Assembly: GCA_037442925.1 (NCBI GenBank)
Contig: JBBIPG010000002.1
Location: 5,176 to 69,175 of the forward strand
Length of the DNA: 64,000 nt
Reading direction: 5' to 3'
DNA from: Candidatus Fraserbacteria bacterium
GTDB taxonomy: Bacteria; Bipolaricaulota; Bipolaricaulia; RBG-16-55-9
Below the pieces are notes generated by a model. The model saw only the letters and a list, made by a program, of their open reading frames with translations, was not told the DNA's origin and ran no database searches. This document shows positions 1-10,325 of the stretch, piece by piece (positions within the stretch are counted from its first letter, which is position 1; every line of letters starts with the position of its first letter). The translations under genes were made by a program, and so were the position numbers.

Positions 1-200
1 TGGGAAGTGGATGTTGTGCTCGCTGTACTTGTGGTGGGCGTAGAGGCGACAGCGGACGGTATGGGCTGCTTGCTTGAAGTTGAGGAACTCGCCTGCTGTG
101 ATGGCTGAGTGTTCCCTGAACAACCTATGAGCAATACGATGAGGAAGATTCCTAGCATCATGACAGCAAGACGGCGCGACAAGTCCTGTGTATTCATCAT
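1..200 (-). CDS. Lipoprotein, 5' part only (gene runs off window start). Signal peptide MMNTQDLSRRLAVMMLGIFLIVLLIGC-SG with lipobox, then a Ser/Thr/Pro-rich linker
   Basis: Manual reverse-complement translation. ATG at 200 preceded by AAGGAG Shine-Dalgarno 7 nt upstream. Not in ORF track because no stop lies in the window. Confidence 0.5.
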   Translation of the reverse strand, partial: MMNTQDLSRRLAVMMLGIFLIVLLIGCSGNTQPSQQASSSTSSKQPIPSAVASTPTTSTASTTSTS

Positions 201-325
201 GTCATGCGCTCCTTATTTGTCTCAGTATTCTCGGGTGACTCCAAACGCATTGTGAGTCGCGGGCATTTTAAGACCTGCACATCTTGTATACAATGATTCG
301 CATCATTAGGCTGGCTGATCTACAT

Positions 326-348
326 CAGGGGCTGCAAGCGTGCCCCTG
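326..348. terminator. GC-rich hairpin (7-bp stem caggggc/gcccctg, 9-nt loop) immediately 3' of narK2 stop; no clear U-tract
   Basis: Inverted repeat seen directly in sequence, abutting the stop of the minus-strand gene 349-1761. Confidence 0.35.
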
Positions 349-1761
349 CTACCCCTTCGGGGTGGTCGTTCTCCCTCTGGCATCCCACCACGTTCCCCAC
401 CTGGCGCCGAAGTCCCAGCGCTCCTTGCCGGGCCGTGTGTAGAACCAGAAGTTGATGGCCGAGGCCACGACCCAGAAGGCGATGGCGCCCCAGAAGAAGG
501 GCACCGCAGAGCCTATGGTAGCAATGGATGTGCCAATGAGACCGGAGAAGATGAAGGGTCCGTAGGCCGCAATGGCCGCCGAGAATCCGATGACACCCGC
601 GCCCTGCCGGGGCGAGTGGGCGAAGATAATGGGGAACTGCCTGAAGGTGGAGGCGTTGCCCATGCCGGAGAAGAAGAAGAGGAGCAGCATGAGCACCACA
701 AAGACCGGGAACTGATCCAGCGAGGTCGGCGCGAGATATCCGCCGATGATGAGCAACAAGCTACAGATGATGAGCCCGGCGCCCGCGAGCTGGGTGAAGA
801 TGCTCCCACCCCAGCGGTCGCTGGGCCAGCCCATGACAACCCGGGTCAAGGACCCCACAAGAGGGCCCAGGAAGGCGTAGGTGAGGGGATCGGGCGCGTT
901 GGGGAAGTCGCCGTAGAGGGCCCGTATCATCATCGGAAACGCTGCCGACAGCCCAGAGAAGGAGCCAAAGGTCATGATGTAGGTGATGGTGCAGAAGTAG
1001 GTATGCCTATCCTTGAAGATGTCCAGTTGCTCCCGCAAGGTTGCCCGCACCGGGACGCTGCGCAGGAAGACCCAAGCGATGATTCCTAACGCCAGTAGGA
1101 AAGGCACGAACCAGAAAGCAGCGTTCTGGAGCCAGATGTCGGTCGCGGGGCGGCCTGCCCGCTGGTAGACCTGGGAGCCGCCCAGAAGGCCCCCGAAGAG
1201 GGCGAAGCCGATGATCCAGGGTGCCACGAACTGGGTCAGGCTGACACCAAAGTTGCCGATCCCGGCCTGAATGCCCAGGGCAGTCCCCTGGAGTCTCCGG
1301 GGAAAGAAGAGGCTAGTGCTAGGCATATAGGAGGAGAAGTCTCCACCCCCGAGGCCCAAGCTGAGGGCCAGGACCATGAAGACCCAGAAGGGGGTTGTCG
1401 GGTTCATGACGGCCAGGCCCAGTCCCACGCAGGGGAAGATCTTCAAAAGGGTCGCCACGGCGATGACATGCCGGGTGCCGAATAGAGGAATGAGGAACGT
1501 GTGGATGATGCGAAGCGTGCCCCCCGCCAGACCCGGCATGGCCCCCAGCCAGAAGAGTTGCAAGGTGGTGAACTGGAACCCTACCTGCGGCAGGCGCACC
1601 ACCACGGCGCTCATCACGAACCACGTGGCAAAGGAGAAGATGAGGCTGAGGGTAGTGATGGTGAGCGTCGTGAAGGCAATCCGGCGGCCGGTTTCCCGCC
1701 AGAATGCAGCGTCTTCCGGCTGCCACACCGTGAGCCACGTGGATGGTCTGCTCATGCTCAT
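349..1761 (-). CDS. narK: MFS nitrate/nitrite transporter NarK (second copy; NarK2/NarT-like)
   Basis: 470-aa polytopic membrane protein with a NarK-like N-terminus. Start overlaps stop of upstream narK1 (ATGA). Last gene of the nar operon. Confidence 0.8.
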   Translation of the reverse strand: MSMSRPSTWLTVWQPEDAAFWRETGRRIAFTTLTITTLSLIFSFATWFVMSAVVVRLPQVGFQFTTLQLFWLGAMPGLAGGTLRIIHTFLIPLFGTRHVIAVATLLKIFPCVGLGLAVMNPTTPFWVFMVLALSLGLGGGDFSSYMPSTSLFFPRRLQGTALGIQAGIGNFGVSLTQFVAPWIIGFALFGGLLGGSQVYQRAGRPATDIWLQNAAFWFVPFLLALGIIAWVFLRSVPVRATLREQLDIFKDRHTYFCTITYIMTFGSFSGLSAAFPMMIRALYGDFPNAPDPLTYAFLGPLVGSLTRVVMGWPSDRWGGSIFTQLAGAGLIICSLLLIIGGYLAPTSLDQFPVFVVLMLLLFFFSGMGNASTFRQFPIIFAHSPRQGAGVIGFSAAIAAYGPFIFSGLIGTSIATIGSAVPFFWGAIAFWVVASAINFWFYTRPGKERWDFGARWGTWWDARGRTTTPKG

Positions 1762-3017
1762 GGTACGGGTACCCGAGAAGCCTCTGCGCAGCCGGTAAAC
1801 AAACGCCCTTCCTCCTCCGCTCTCCTATCCCTCCTAGCAGCTAGGAGCTGCCAGGCGGAGCAAGAGACGGAGACGAACAGTAGGACCATCCACGTCGTCT
1901 CCGGTATGCCGGTAGCCGTTAGAGCGTAGGCCCAGATGGGCGGGAAGATAAAGCCCCCGAATGCGCCAATCTGTCCCACTAGGCCTCCCACGGCACCCAC
2001 GTCCCTGGGGAAGAAATCATATACGTAGCGGTAGACAGAGGCCTTCCCCGCCCCCATCCCGCACCCGAAGATGAAGACAATGCCTGCGAATACATACGGC
2101 GACCTTATAAGACCTGGGATGGAAACCACGATGCCTGTCGCTATCATGATGAGTAGGAACGTGTTGGTGGCACGGCGTGCCCCCCATAGGTCCGATAACC
2201 AACCGCCCACCGGGCGCATCAGGCTGGCGGGAAAGATAAAGCTCGCCGTGAGCAACGCCGCCGTTGCCAGACCCACTCCGAAGGTGTCTACGTAGTATTT
2301 CGGCAGCCAAAGGGAGAGGGCAACATAGGCACCGAACACAATGTTATAGTAATAGGAGAATCGCCAGGCGGCTATCGAGCGAAGGGGTCGATGCATATCG
2401 ATAAAGCTTCGCGTGGCTGCCGGTTTCCGGTCAGGGGTGGGGGCTCGAATCCACAGTGTAAGGGCCATGACGACCAGCATCACGGCATACAGCATGGGAA
2501 TAAACCGCCACCCACCCGGCAGCAAACCTGCGATATTGCCCGCTGGCATGAGCGCGATCACAGGAGGGGCTATGAACTTGGTCAACGAAGCCCCCACGTT
2601 ACCCGCCCCGAAGAAGCCCAGGGAAAACCCCTGGCGCTCCTTTGGGAACCAAGCAGAGTTCCAGGCTATACCCACGACGAAAGTGTTGCCGGCAAGGCCC
2701 GTCCAAACCGCCAAGCCTACCAGTTGCTCGTAGGTCTGGGCATAACTGACTATGATCGCACTCGGCGCGACTATCAGGAGTAGCGCCGTGAGAACGACCC
2801 GTCCTCCATATTTGTCGCTCAGCAGACCTATGGGCCCCCTGGGCAGCGCGCCGCCCAGGGCGCTGGCTGCCAGAAGCCATGCAAGTTGGGTGTCACTCAG
2901 TCCCAGCTCCTTACGAATGGGTATCCCCATAACTCCATACATCATCCAGACTGCAAATGCTATCGTGAATCCGGTAAAGGAGAGAGCCAGGACTCTGTTC
3001 TCTGGACGGCTAAACAT
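1758..3017 (-). CDS. narK: MFS nitrate/nitrite transporter NarK (first copy)
   Basis: 419-aa MFS protein with glycine-rich MFS motifs. Directly downstream of narI, as in Thermus narCGHJIK1K2. Confidence 0.8.
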   Translation of the reverse strand: MFSRPENRVLALSFTGFTIAFAVWMMYGVMGIPIRKELGLSDTQLAWLLAASALGGALPRGPIGLLSDKYGGRVVLTALLLIVAPSAIIVSYAQTYEQLVGLAVWTGLAGNTFVVGIAWNSAWFPKERQGFSLGFFGAGNVGASLTKFIAPPVIALMPAGNIAGLLPGGWRFIPMLYAVMLVVMALTLWIRAPTPDRKPAATRSFIDMHRPLRSIAAWRFSYYYNIVFGAYVALSLWLPKYYVDTFGVGLATAALLTASFIFPASLMRPVGGWLSDLWGARRATNTFLLIMIATGIVVSIPGLIRSPYVFAGIVFIFGCGMGAGKASVYRYVYDFFPRDVGAVGGLVGQIGAFGGFIFPPIWAYALTATGIPETTWMVLLFVSVSCSAWQLLAARRDRRAEEEGRLFTGCAEASRVPVP

Positions 3018-3026
3018 GGACGTGAA

Positions 3027-3725
3027 CTACCTCTTCAGCCCCACATACCTTCTCATGGAGATGTAGGGCCGGTTGATGTACGCAAAGGGATAACTGAAGA
3101 CATGCACCAGTTTGGTAAAGGGCAAGTAGGCCAAGAAGATGAGGGCCACAATCATGTGCAGCTTAACGATGAAGGGGGCTCCTGCAATCAACCCGGCATT
3201 AGGCTGTAAAGTGAATAGGCTTGCAAACCAGGGGCCCACGGCATACGAGACGCCCCAGGCCAATTGGACGGTCGAGTGGTACATGCCGAGCCCGGCGATG
3301 ACCATCAAGAAGAGAAGCACGATATAATCTTCCCGGGTGCTCATCGCGCGCAGCTGGCGTGAGACGAGTCGGCGCACGAACGCCCACGATGCGCCGTACA
3401 AGAGCAGCATACCCCCAAGCATTCCAGCCCATCTAAAAAAGTCGACCCATGAGGACCAACCTCTCGCGCCTCCGATAAACCCCAATAGGTGAGTCACAAT
3501 CACAATGACGAGTCCCCAGTGCAAGCTGAGCACCGCAGGCCCAATGGAGGCACGCCCGAAAAAGCCTGTCGACCGCGTCGTCCAGAGAAGGTCCCCCCGC
3601 GCACTCCAGTCCAACCTACCCCTGAACGCGGTCTTGATGCCGGTAAAGGCTCGATAGATCGAGCCTCCGATGAACAGCAGCAAGGCGATATACGGCAGGG
3701 CGACGAAGAAGAAGTTGTCAACCAT
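3027..3725 (-). CDS. narI: Respiratory nitrate reductase gamma subunit NarI (di-heme b membrane anchor)
   Basis: 232 aa with 5 predicted TM helices and conserved His-containing helices. Position after narJ. Confidence 0.85.
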   Translation of the reverse strand: MVDNFFFVALPYIALLLFIGGSIYRAFTGIKTAFRGRLDWSARGDLLWTTRSTGFFGRASIGPAVLSLHWGLVIVIVTHLLGFIGGARGWSSWVDFFRWAGMLGGMLLLYGASWAFVRRLVSRQLRAMSTREDYIVLLFLMVIAGLGMYHSTVQLAWGVSYAVGPWFASLFTLQPNAGLIAGAPFIVKLHMIVALIFLAYLPFTKLVHVFSYPFAYINRPYISMRRYVGLKR

Positions 3726-4311
3726 GGCTTACCCCCTTCGTTCCAGCTCCCAAGTCCAACTTCAACACCCGCTCCAGTGCCTCCAGAAGATCAAGATATG
3801 GGGTCTTCAATTTCTCCAGCCGATAGCGGATGGGTGGCAAAAAGGGAAGGATATACTCGTCAATGAGTCTCTGCCGGATAGGGTCTTCCAACTCGGCCGT
3901 TAAAGAAAGAAACTCCACCATCAACGGCAGGTAATCCGGCAACTCTTTCCCGTTCGGCGTCAACCCTAGATGCCTGTAAACACCGAGCAGCTCAATCATA
4001 TACCCATTTCTGTCGGAAACGGCGGCCTGGGCACAGGTTCTGGGCTCCTCAAAGACGTGACTCCCCAGATAAAGAGGGCATTGGGGGTCCAGCTCGAAGA
4101 GCTCCACGTACTCCTCCTCGGATATGCGGTTTTTCAAGAATCGGGAGAGCAAGGCAGCAGCCTCTTTGTCCATGCCGTTCAACTCTGTGATCGCTTCTTC
4201 TGCGCCCCTCTTTACGTCTTCCATATCGACATCCTGTGGGCTGCACCACAGCTCCGCCATAACAGCATAAACATCCCGCAACGCTTGCTTAGAACCTTGA
4301 ACTTTATTCAT
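3718..4311 (-). CDS. narJ: Nitrate reductase molybdenum cofactor assembly chaperone NarJ (delta)
   Basis: 197 aa. Placed between narH and narI with overlapping start/stop codons. Confidence 0.8.
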   Translation of the reverse strand: MNKVQGSKQALRDVYAVMAELWCSPQDVDMEDVKRGAEEAITELNGMDKEAAALLSRFLKNRISEEEYVELFELDPQCPLYLGSHVFEEPRTCAQAAVSDRNGYMIELLGVYRHLGLTPNGKELPDYLPLMVEFLSLTAELEDPIRQRLIDEYILPFLPPIRYRLEKLKTPYLDLLEALERVLKLDLGAGTKGVSHG

Positions 4312-5866
4312 ACTCTTTCTCCGGGGTATGGTGCGCCTTGTGGTAGCTCTTTCTCCGTTTCATCTTTGTCCAGGGGCCCATCGCGGAGAACCCGGCGAAC
4401 CCCCGTTCCGTGTATGGGCTGATGTCCGCTGCCTCCCGCTTCGTTGTGGGCACGACGAACCGTTCGTTATAAAACGACAGCGACAGGCCCCGCACAATCC
4501 CGTTCGCGTCTTCTTCGGTCAACCCCACCTTTTCGAGCAGGCGGACATCGGGCTTCCCCTCGACCCTGCTGCTTCTTTGATAGTGTCGTACGGCCAGCTG
4601 CCTCATGAGTGACTTCTTGACCTCCTCCTCGTTCCCTGCCGCAAACAGGTTCGCCAGGTATCTCATGGGAACCCTAAGCTTGTCGAGCTCATCTAAGTCA
4701 ATGAGCACTCCTTTCGGTTTGTCCATGTCAAAGACATCATCATGAGTGGGGGAGTCTTTCCCTACGCTGGTGACGATGGGGCTCAGCGGCGGAATGTAGA
4801 ACAACATGGGCAACGTCCGGAACTCCGGATGCAGGGGGAGCGCCAGCTCCCATTTCTTGAATAGCTTATACACGGGTGAGCGCTGCGCCGCAGCGAGCCA
4901 ATCATCACTGATCCCGTTCTCCTTGGCGCTTGCGATCACGTTCTGGTCAAAGGGATCAAGGATGAGCTCCCTTTGCGCCCGCACGAGGTCCTTTTCCTCC
5001 GCCAGCGCCGCCTGCTCCACCCGGTCCATATCGTAAAGAACGGGGCCAAAGGAGCGGATCTTTCCCACGCAGGAGTGGAAGCAGACCGGAGGCATGCCGG
5101 CCTCGACCCGCGGGTAGCAAAGAATGCACTTCTCCATCTTTCCAGAGACCCAATTGTAATAAGGCTTCTTATAGGGACAACTGGAGATGCAGTAGCGCCA
5201 GTTCCGGCACCGGACCTGGTCGATAAGAACAATGCCGTCTTCCTCCCTCTTGTAGGCGGCTCCCGAGGGGCAGGCGGCCACACAGGCGGGATTGAGACAG
5301 TGGTTGCATATGCGGGGGAGATAGAAGTAAAACACATCTCGGAATCGCAGACAGGCTTCGCGCTCCTGCTTGCTCGCCCCCTTGAAGTTCACGTCGTATT
5401 TCCCGGTAACGTGGGCTCCCCCGGCGTTATCCTCCCAGTTCACCCCCCAGGTCAGCGGGATGTCCTCCTCCTCGGTGACCATGGATTTGGGCCGCGCTAC
5501 GGGCTGCTGAGTCTGTTGCTCTGTCGTATGCAGGTCATCGTACGTAAAGGTGTACACATCCCCGCCGTAGTAGTCAGCCATCTCCGGCATGTGCGGATTG
5601 AAGAAGAGGTTGAGCAGCTGATAGGGCCTGCCGCCGTAGCGAAGCCCTAACTTATTCCCCTTCTTTACCCATCCCCCCTTCCATAGCTCCTGGTCCTCCC
5701 ACCGCTTGGGATAGCCGATCCCCGGCTTAGTCTCCACGTTGTTCCACCACATGTATTCGGCGCCTTCGCGGTTGGTCCACACGTTCTTGCACGCCACGGT
5801 GCAGGTATTGCAACCGATGCATTTTTCTAGATTGAACGTCATGCCAAATTGTGCCTTCACTCTCAT
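4304..5866 (-). CDS. narH: Respiratory nitrate reductase beta subunit NarH (4 Fe-S clusters)
   Basis: N-terminus MRVKAQFGMTFNLEKCIGCNTCTVACKNVWT and multiple Cys clusters typical of NarH. Confidence 0.92.
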   Translation of the reverse strand: MRVKAQFGMTFNLEKCIGCNTCTVACKNVWTNREGAEYMWWNNVETKPGIGYPKRWEDQELWKGGWVKKGNKLGLRYGGRPYQLLNLFFNPHMPEMADYYGGDVYTFTYDDLHTTEQQTQQPVARPKSMVTEEEDIPLTWGVNWEDNAGGAHVTGKYDVNFKGASKQEREACLRFRDVFYFYLPRICNHCLNPACVAACPSGAAYKREEDGIVLIDQVRCRNWRYCISSCPYKKPYYNWVSGKMEKCILCYPRVEAGMPPVCFHSCVGKIRSFGPVLYDMDRVEQAALAEEKDLVRAQRELILDPFDQNVIASAKENGISDDWLAAAQRSPVYKLFKKWELALPLHPEFRTLPMLFYIPPLSPIVTSVGKDSPTHDDVFDMDKPKGVLIDLDELDKLRVPMRYLANLFAAGNEEEVKKSLMRQLAVRHYQRSSRVEGKPDVRLLEKVGLTEEDANGIVRGLSLSFYNERFVVPTTKREAADISPYTERGFAGFSAMGPWTKMKRRKSYHKAHHTPEKEYE

Positions 5867-5875
5867 GATGGCCTC

Positions 5876-8800
5876 CTAGTCTTGCGGCAGCCTATCCAGT
5901 TCTTCCTCGCGATAGATGACCCCCTTCTTCCCCGCTGCCAGGGGCATCTTGCGGATGAGCACGCCGTGGTCCCTCTCCGAAGGGCTGGTCCCCCAGTAGT
6001 TGATGTAATAGCTGAACTGGGCATAGCCGCCGATCATCGTGTGGGGGTTCATCAAGATCCTCGTGGTCGCGTTGTTATTTCCTCCCCTAAGGTCCGAGCG
6101 CTGGCGTTTCTTGGCGAGGGGTGACAAAGGAATATTGACATGGCGCTCCACTTGGTGATAGGTGATGGCCATATTCCGCGGCACTTGATGACTGACCACA
6201 GCCCGCACCACCTCGATGCCGTTCTCGCAATACATCTCCACCCAGTCGTTGTCCTTTACGTCAATCTCTTGCGCATCGTCCGGGTTGAGCCACACGGTGG
6301 GGCCCCCTCGGGACATGTGCATCATGGGCCAGTGGTCGCGGAAGGAGCTGTGGATCTGCCACTTGCCATGGGGCGTGATGAAGCGGAACACTTTCGATTT
6401 GGCCTCAGCTTTTTGCAGATTGATATCTCCGATGGCCACCATGTCCAGCGGAGGTTTGTTGGTGGGCAGCGCCTCACCCAGTTCCCGGATGCCCTGGTGG
6501 TCGTAGTAGATTTCTTGTCTTCCCGAGAGCGTGTGCCACGGTTTCAGCCGCTCCACGTTCATGGTCCACGGCCCGAAGGTCCTTGGCTTGCCGGTCTTGG
6601 GCTCAAACAGAATGGCACTCCACTGTGCGTGGTGTGAATTCGTCTGGGTTTGTGAGATGATGTCTTTGTAGTGCACCCTTCTTTGTTTCACGCTCTCCAC
6701 CATGTCGGCCAGGGGCAGACCCACCTTCTTTTCCATCTCCTTGAAGAAGAGATACGCCAGCCTGCCGTTCAGTTCGGGCGAGATCTGGCAGATGAGTTCG
6801 CAGGCCTGTTCGGGTTTTTCAAAGTAAACCCGGCCGTCTCTTACCGTGAGGACCTCGTTGTTCTTGAGCTCCTCCTCCACGATGGGCGTGAGATCCGTAT
6901 ACTGACCCTTGGCGCCATAGCCTTTGGGCTGGCAGACCAGCGGGCCCAAGGAGACCAGCTTATCGTAGACCTTCGTATAATCCCGTTCCACGATCGCGAT
7001 CTCCGGGAATGTCTTGCCGGGGATGGGCTCTGTGTCGCCTTTGCGCCAGTCTCTCACCTCTCCCAGAGGTTGGGCGAGCTGGTCGGGGCTATCCATCCAC
7101 AGCGCCTTAAACACCACATCCTTTACGGGCTTAGGGAAATGTACTTGCGCCAGTTCCGAGAACTTCCTGGCGATGAGTTTGAATGCTTCCCAGTCGTGCT
7201 TCGTCTCCCAGGGCGGGTCGGTCGCCGGGGTCAGGGGGTGCACAAAGGTGTGCATATCCCCAAAGGTCACGTCGAATTTCTCGTACCAGAAGGCAGCCGG
7301 GAGCACCACATCCGCATAGTTGGCCGAAGAGTCCATCCGGATGTTCAGATTGACCAGAAGGTCCAGTTTGCCGACGGGTGAGGGGTCACGCCAGTTGATT
7401 TCTTTCGCCAGCCCTTTGGCCGGCTCCTCTTCCCACAATACGTTATGGTGTGTGCCGAGGAAGTGTTTTAGGGCGAGCTCATGTCCGCGCATGCTTGTCC
7501 CGATGAGGTTGCCGCGATAGACGGTGAGCACCTTGAGGCGGTTTTCCGCAGCATCAATGTCATGAATGGCAAAATTCAGCTTGCCTTCTTTGAACTGCTT
7601 AAGCACCCATTGCTTGACCTCTTGATCGGTCTTGCATCCTGCCTCGATGGCTTGCTGGTACAACTGCATGGGGTTCTTCTTATCCACCTGCGGGAAGAAG
7701 GGCAGCCATCCTAATCGTACGGCAAGCGCGTTCATGTCGGCCGCGTGGTTGTACTCCGGTAGCTTTTTGGCGCCTACCGCCCACTGGGTGTCCAGGGGCA
7801 TGGGGTCATATCGCCATTGACCAGTATGGAAATACCATAGCGAGGTAGAATTCATGAGTCGCGGCGGCCTTGACCAATCCAGGGCGCCACTCAGATTGAC
7901 AAAAGCGGCATTGAGGCGGGTGTGCTGCGTCCCGACGTAGTGATTGAAGTTGCCGCCGTTCACCCCGTTGCAACCGCACAGGGCAAGCATCACCGCTTCG
8001 TTGCGGTAATACATGGAAGCGCCATGGTACCAATGCTGTATTCCCGGACCGGTGATGAAGAGTGACTTCCCTCTTGTCTTTTCGGCGTTTTCGGCAAATT
8101 CCCTTCCCACCTGGATGGCCAGATTCCGGCTCACGCCCGTCTGTGACTCCTGCCATGCCGGGGTGTAGGGCTTGGGGTCGTCATAGTCCTTCGGATAGTC
8201 GCCTCCCAGTCCTCGTGACACGCCCGCCTGGGCCATGAACAAATCAAAGGCGGTAGTGACGAGCAATTCTTTGCCATCTTTTGTTTTTATTTTTCGAGCG
8301 GGGACCTCGCGCAAAAGCTCCTTTGCTTTTTTCATCTTGCCCTGGCTTTCCCCGAGATAGATGCTGAAGGTCTCGGTGAAATCGCTGAAGGAGACCATCG
8401 CCCGCAGGTCCTCTTTCCCGAGCAGGGTGAGGAGCGGGTCAAACTCTTCCTTCGTGACGGCATTCTTCAGTTGCAGGTTCCAGTTGCCGGTGGGTTCTTT
8501 TTCCCAGCGGAAGCCGATGGAGCCAGTGGGGACATGGAGTTTCCCGTCGGCGTCGGTCATGATCAGTTTCCAGTCAGCGTTTTCTTCACCGGCGTATTCC
8601 GCAAGATCTGACGCCCTGAGGAATCGCCCCATCTGGTATTTCTTGCCATCTTTTTCCAGGATGACGAGGAAGGGCAAGTTGGTGTACTTTTTCACGTACT
8701 CAGTGAAATAGGGCGTTTCCCTGTCGGCATAAAACTCTTTGAGGATGACGTGGATGCAGGCCATGAAGTAGGCGCCATCGCTTCCAGGGACGAGCGGCAC

Positions 8801-9634
8801 CCAGAGGTCGGCGTATTTTGAAACATCGGAATAATTGGGTGACACCACCACGACCTTAGCTCCCCGGTATTTCGCCTCGGGGAGGAAGTGACAGTCGGCA
8901 GTGCGAGTCATATTCAGATTCGAGCCAGCGACGATCCAGTACGTCCCGTTATACCAGTCGGAGGACTCGCAGTTCTCCGTCTGGTCGGCAAACATGGAAG
9001 AGGAGACGTGGGGCAGGTCGTGATACCACTCGTAATAGCTGCAGTATATGCCGCCAAGCAGGTTGTTATATCGGTGTCCCGAAATGAAGCTGAGCAGGCT
9101 CATGGCAGGGATGGGAGAGAAGTTGGCGATGTGGTCGGGCCCGTATCTTTTGATGGTGTAAATCTGCGCCCCAGCGACCAGCTCCGTCGCCTCGTCCCAG
9201 GTCACCCGTTTCCACCCTGCCTTCCCCCTGGCTGACTTGTATTTCTTGGCCCTCTCTTCGTCTTCTACGATGCTCGCCCACGCCTCTACCGGGTCCTTGC
9301 CCTTTTGGCGCTCCTCCCGGTAATAATCCCACAGAACCTTGCGAACATAGGGGTATTTGGGCCTAAGTGGGCTGTAAGGGTACCAGGATGCCGTGACTCC
9401 TCTCTGGCAGCCCCTGGGCTCCACATTGGGGATGTCTGGGTCAATTTGGGGATAGTCTGTCTTCTGAAGCTCCCAGCAGATGAGCCCATCTTTGACGAAG
9501 ACCTCCCAGCTGCAGGCCATGGAGCAATTCACGCCGTGGCTGCTCCGCACGCTGTAGTCATAGGACCACCTGTTCCGGTAAAAGTCCTCCCAGGAGCGGG
9601 AGTCGCTGCTGACGTTGAACCATCTGCTCTTCAT
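5876..9634 (-). CDS. narG: Respiratory nitrate reductase alpha subunit NarG (Mo-bisMGD catalytic subunit)
   Basis: 1252 aa. N-terminal HGVNCSMACSW FS0 His/Cys motif. Size and context. Confidence 0.93.
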   Translation of the reverse strand: MKSRWFNVSSDSRSWEDFYRNRWSYDYSVRSSHGVNCSMACSWEVFVKDGLICWELQKTDYPQIDPDIPNVEPRGCQRGVTASWYPYSPLRPKYPYVRKVLWDYYREERQKGKDPVEAWASIVEDEERAKKYKSARGKAGWKRVTWDEATELVAGAQIYTIKRYGPDHIANFSPIPAMSLLSFISGHRYNNLLGGIYCSYYEWYHDLPHVSSSMFADQTENCESSDWYNGTYWIVAGSNLNMTRTADCHFLPEAKYRGAKVVVVSPNYSDVSKYADLWVPLVPGSDGAYFMACIHVILKEFYADRETPYFTEYVKKYTNLPFLVILEKDGKKYQMGRFLRASDLAEYAGEENADWKLIMTDADGKLHVPTGSIGFRWEKEPTGNWNLQLKNAVTKEEFDPLLTLLGKEDLRAMVSFSDFTETFSIYLGESQGKMKKAKELLREVPARKIKTKDGKELLVTTAFDLFMAQAGVSRGLGGDYPKDYDDPKPYTPAWQESQTGVSRNLAIQVGREFAENAEKTRGKSLFITGPGIQHWYHGASMYYRNEAVMLALCGCNGVNGGNFNHYVGTQHTRLNAAFVNLSGALDWSRPPRLMNSTSLWYFHTGQWRYDPMPLDTQWAVGAKKLPEYNHAADMNALAVRLGWLPFFPQVDKKNPMQLYQQAIEAGCKTDQEVKQWVLKQFKEGKLNFAIHDIDAAENRLKVLTVYRGNLIGTSMRGHELALKHFLGTHHNVLWEEEPAKGLAKEINWRDPSPVGKLDLLVNLNIRMDSSANYADVVLPAAFWYEKFDVTFGDMHTFVHPLTPATDPPWETKHDWEAFKLIARKFSELAQVHFPKPVKDVVFKALWMDSPDQLAQPLGEVRDWRKGDTEPIPGKTFPEIAIVERDYTKVYDKLVSLGPLVCQPKGYGAKGQYTDLTPIVEEELKNNEVLTVRDGRVYFEKPEQACELICQISPELNGRLAYLFFKEMEKKVGLPLADMVESVKQRRVHYKDIISQTQTNSHHAQWSAILFEPKTGKPRTFGPWTMNVERLKPWHTLSGRQEIYYDHQGIRELGEALPTNKPPLDMVAIGDINLQKAEAKSKVFRFITPHGKWQIHSSFRDHWPMMHMSRGGPTVWLNPDDAQEIDVKDNDWVEMYCENGIEVVRAVVSHQVPRNMAITYHQVERHVNIPLSPLAKKRQRSDLRGGNNNATTRILMNPHTMIGGYAQFSYYINYWGTSPSERDHGVLIRKMPLAAGKKGVIYREEELDRLPQD

Positions 9635-10200
9635 GTCCTCACCTCCACGCGTTTTCTTGCCGCGATGAGCCCGATCACAGTGAGCGCCACGATGACCAGT
9701 ACACCGATCGCCAACGTGGGAATATATAGAGCCGGTATGGCGACGGGAGCTATCTCCTCAGTCTCAGTCGTAGTTTGCAAATAGGCGATGACCGCCTCTA
9801 CCTGCTGTTCCCTGAGTCCCAGGTTCGGCATGGGAATACCGAATTCTCTGAGCATGGCCAGCGCGATGGCATCCTCTTCCTTGAGCATCTGGTCCGGTTC
9901 GAGGATGAAACGTTTGAGCCAGGCCAGATCGCGCCGCTCGGTGACGCCCAAAAGATCCGGTCCTACGAGGACGCCTGCGCCGATGGTATGACAAGCGGTA
10001 CAGTTCAGCTCAAAGAGTTTTCGGCCCTCTTCTTGCTGGGGGGAAGAGCTTTTAGTGACTACCATGTCAGTAACGCTAAAGATGTCACTAAAAGCTTTTG
10101 GGCTGGGTTGAGCGAGCGGCAGCGCGAAGGACCCTCCCAGCAGAGCGAGCGCGATCACGACGAGCAGTGGTCGCTTGCGTGCGGTGCTTTTCATTCTCAT
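9631..10200 (-). CDS. narC: Membrane-anchored periplasmic mono-heme c-type cytochrome, NarC-like first gene of nar operon
   Basis: Signal peptide, single CTACH heme motif, C-terminal TM helix. Stop overlaps narG start. Thermus narC occupies the same position. Confidence 0.7.
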   Translation of the reverse strand: MRMKSTARKRPLLVVIALALLGGSFALPLAQPSPKAFSDIFSVTDMVVTKSSSPQQEEGRKLFELNCTACHTIGAGVLVGPDLLGVTERRDLAWLKRFILEPDQMLKEEDAIALAMLREFGIPMPNLGLREQQVEAVIAYLQTTTETEEIAPVAIPALYIPTLAIGVLVIVALTVIGLIAARKRVEVRT

Positions 10201-10306
10201 CTGGATTGACCTCCCGTTTCTCGTTCTTGCGTAGGCTCCCCTCTGCAGGCACAGGGGAATGGAAGCCCGCTGATCGTCTTCAGGAAGTCGCGCAGTTGGT
10301 CGAGAT

Positions 10307-10325
10307 CGTGAAAATATATCTCACG
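10307..10325. promoter_or_regulatory. AT-rich dyad cGTGAaaatatatcTCACg about 110 bp upstream of narC start; candidate Crp/Fnr-family (DnrT-like) operator or -10 region
   Basis: Inverted GTGA/TCAC arms around an AT-rich core in the 336-bp nar promoter region. Spacing (9) does not match canonical CRP (6). Confidence 0.25.

Noticed and set aside
340-1089. 249-aa plus-strand ORF rich in Gly/Glu/Arg/Pro
   Set aside because: Entirely antisense to the well-supported narK2 gene. Composition is typical of spurious reverse-frame ORFs in high-GC DNA.
6140-7381. Plus-strand ORFs of 165 and 236 aa
   Set aside because: Antisense within narG; no motifs. High-GC artefacts.
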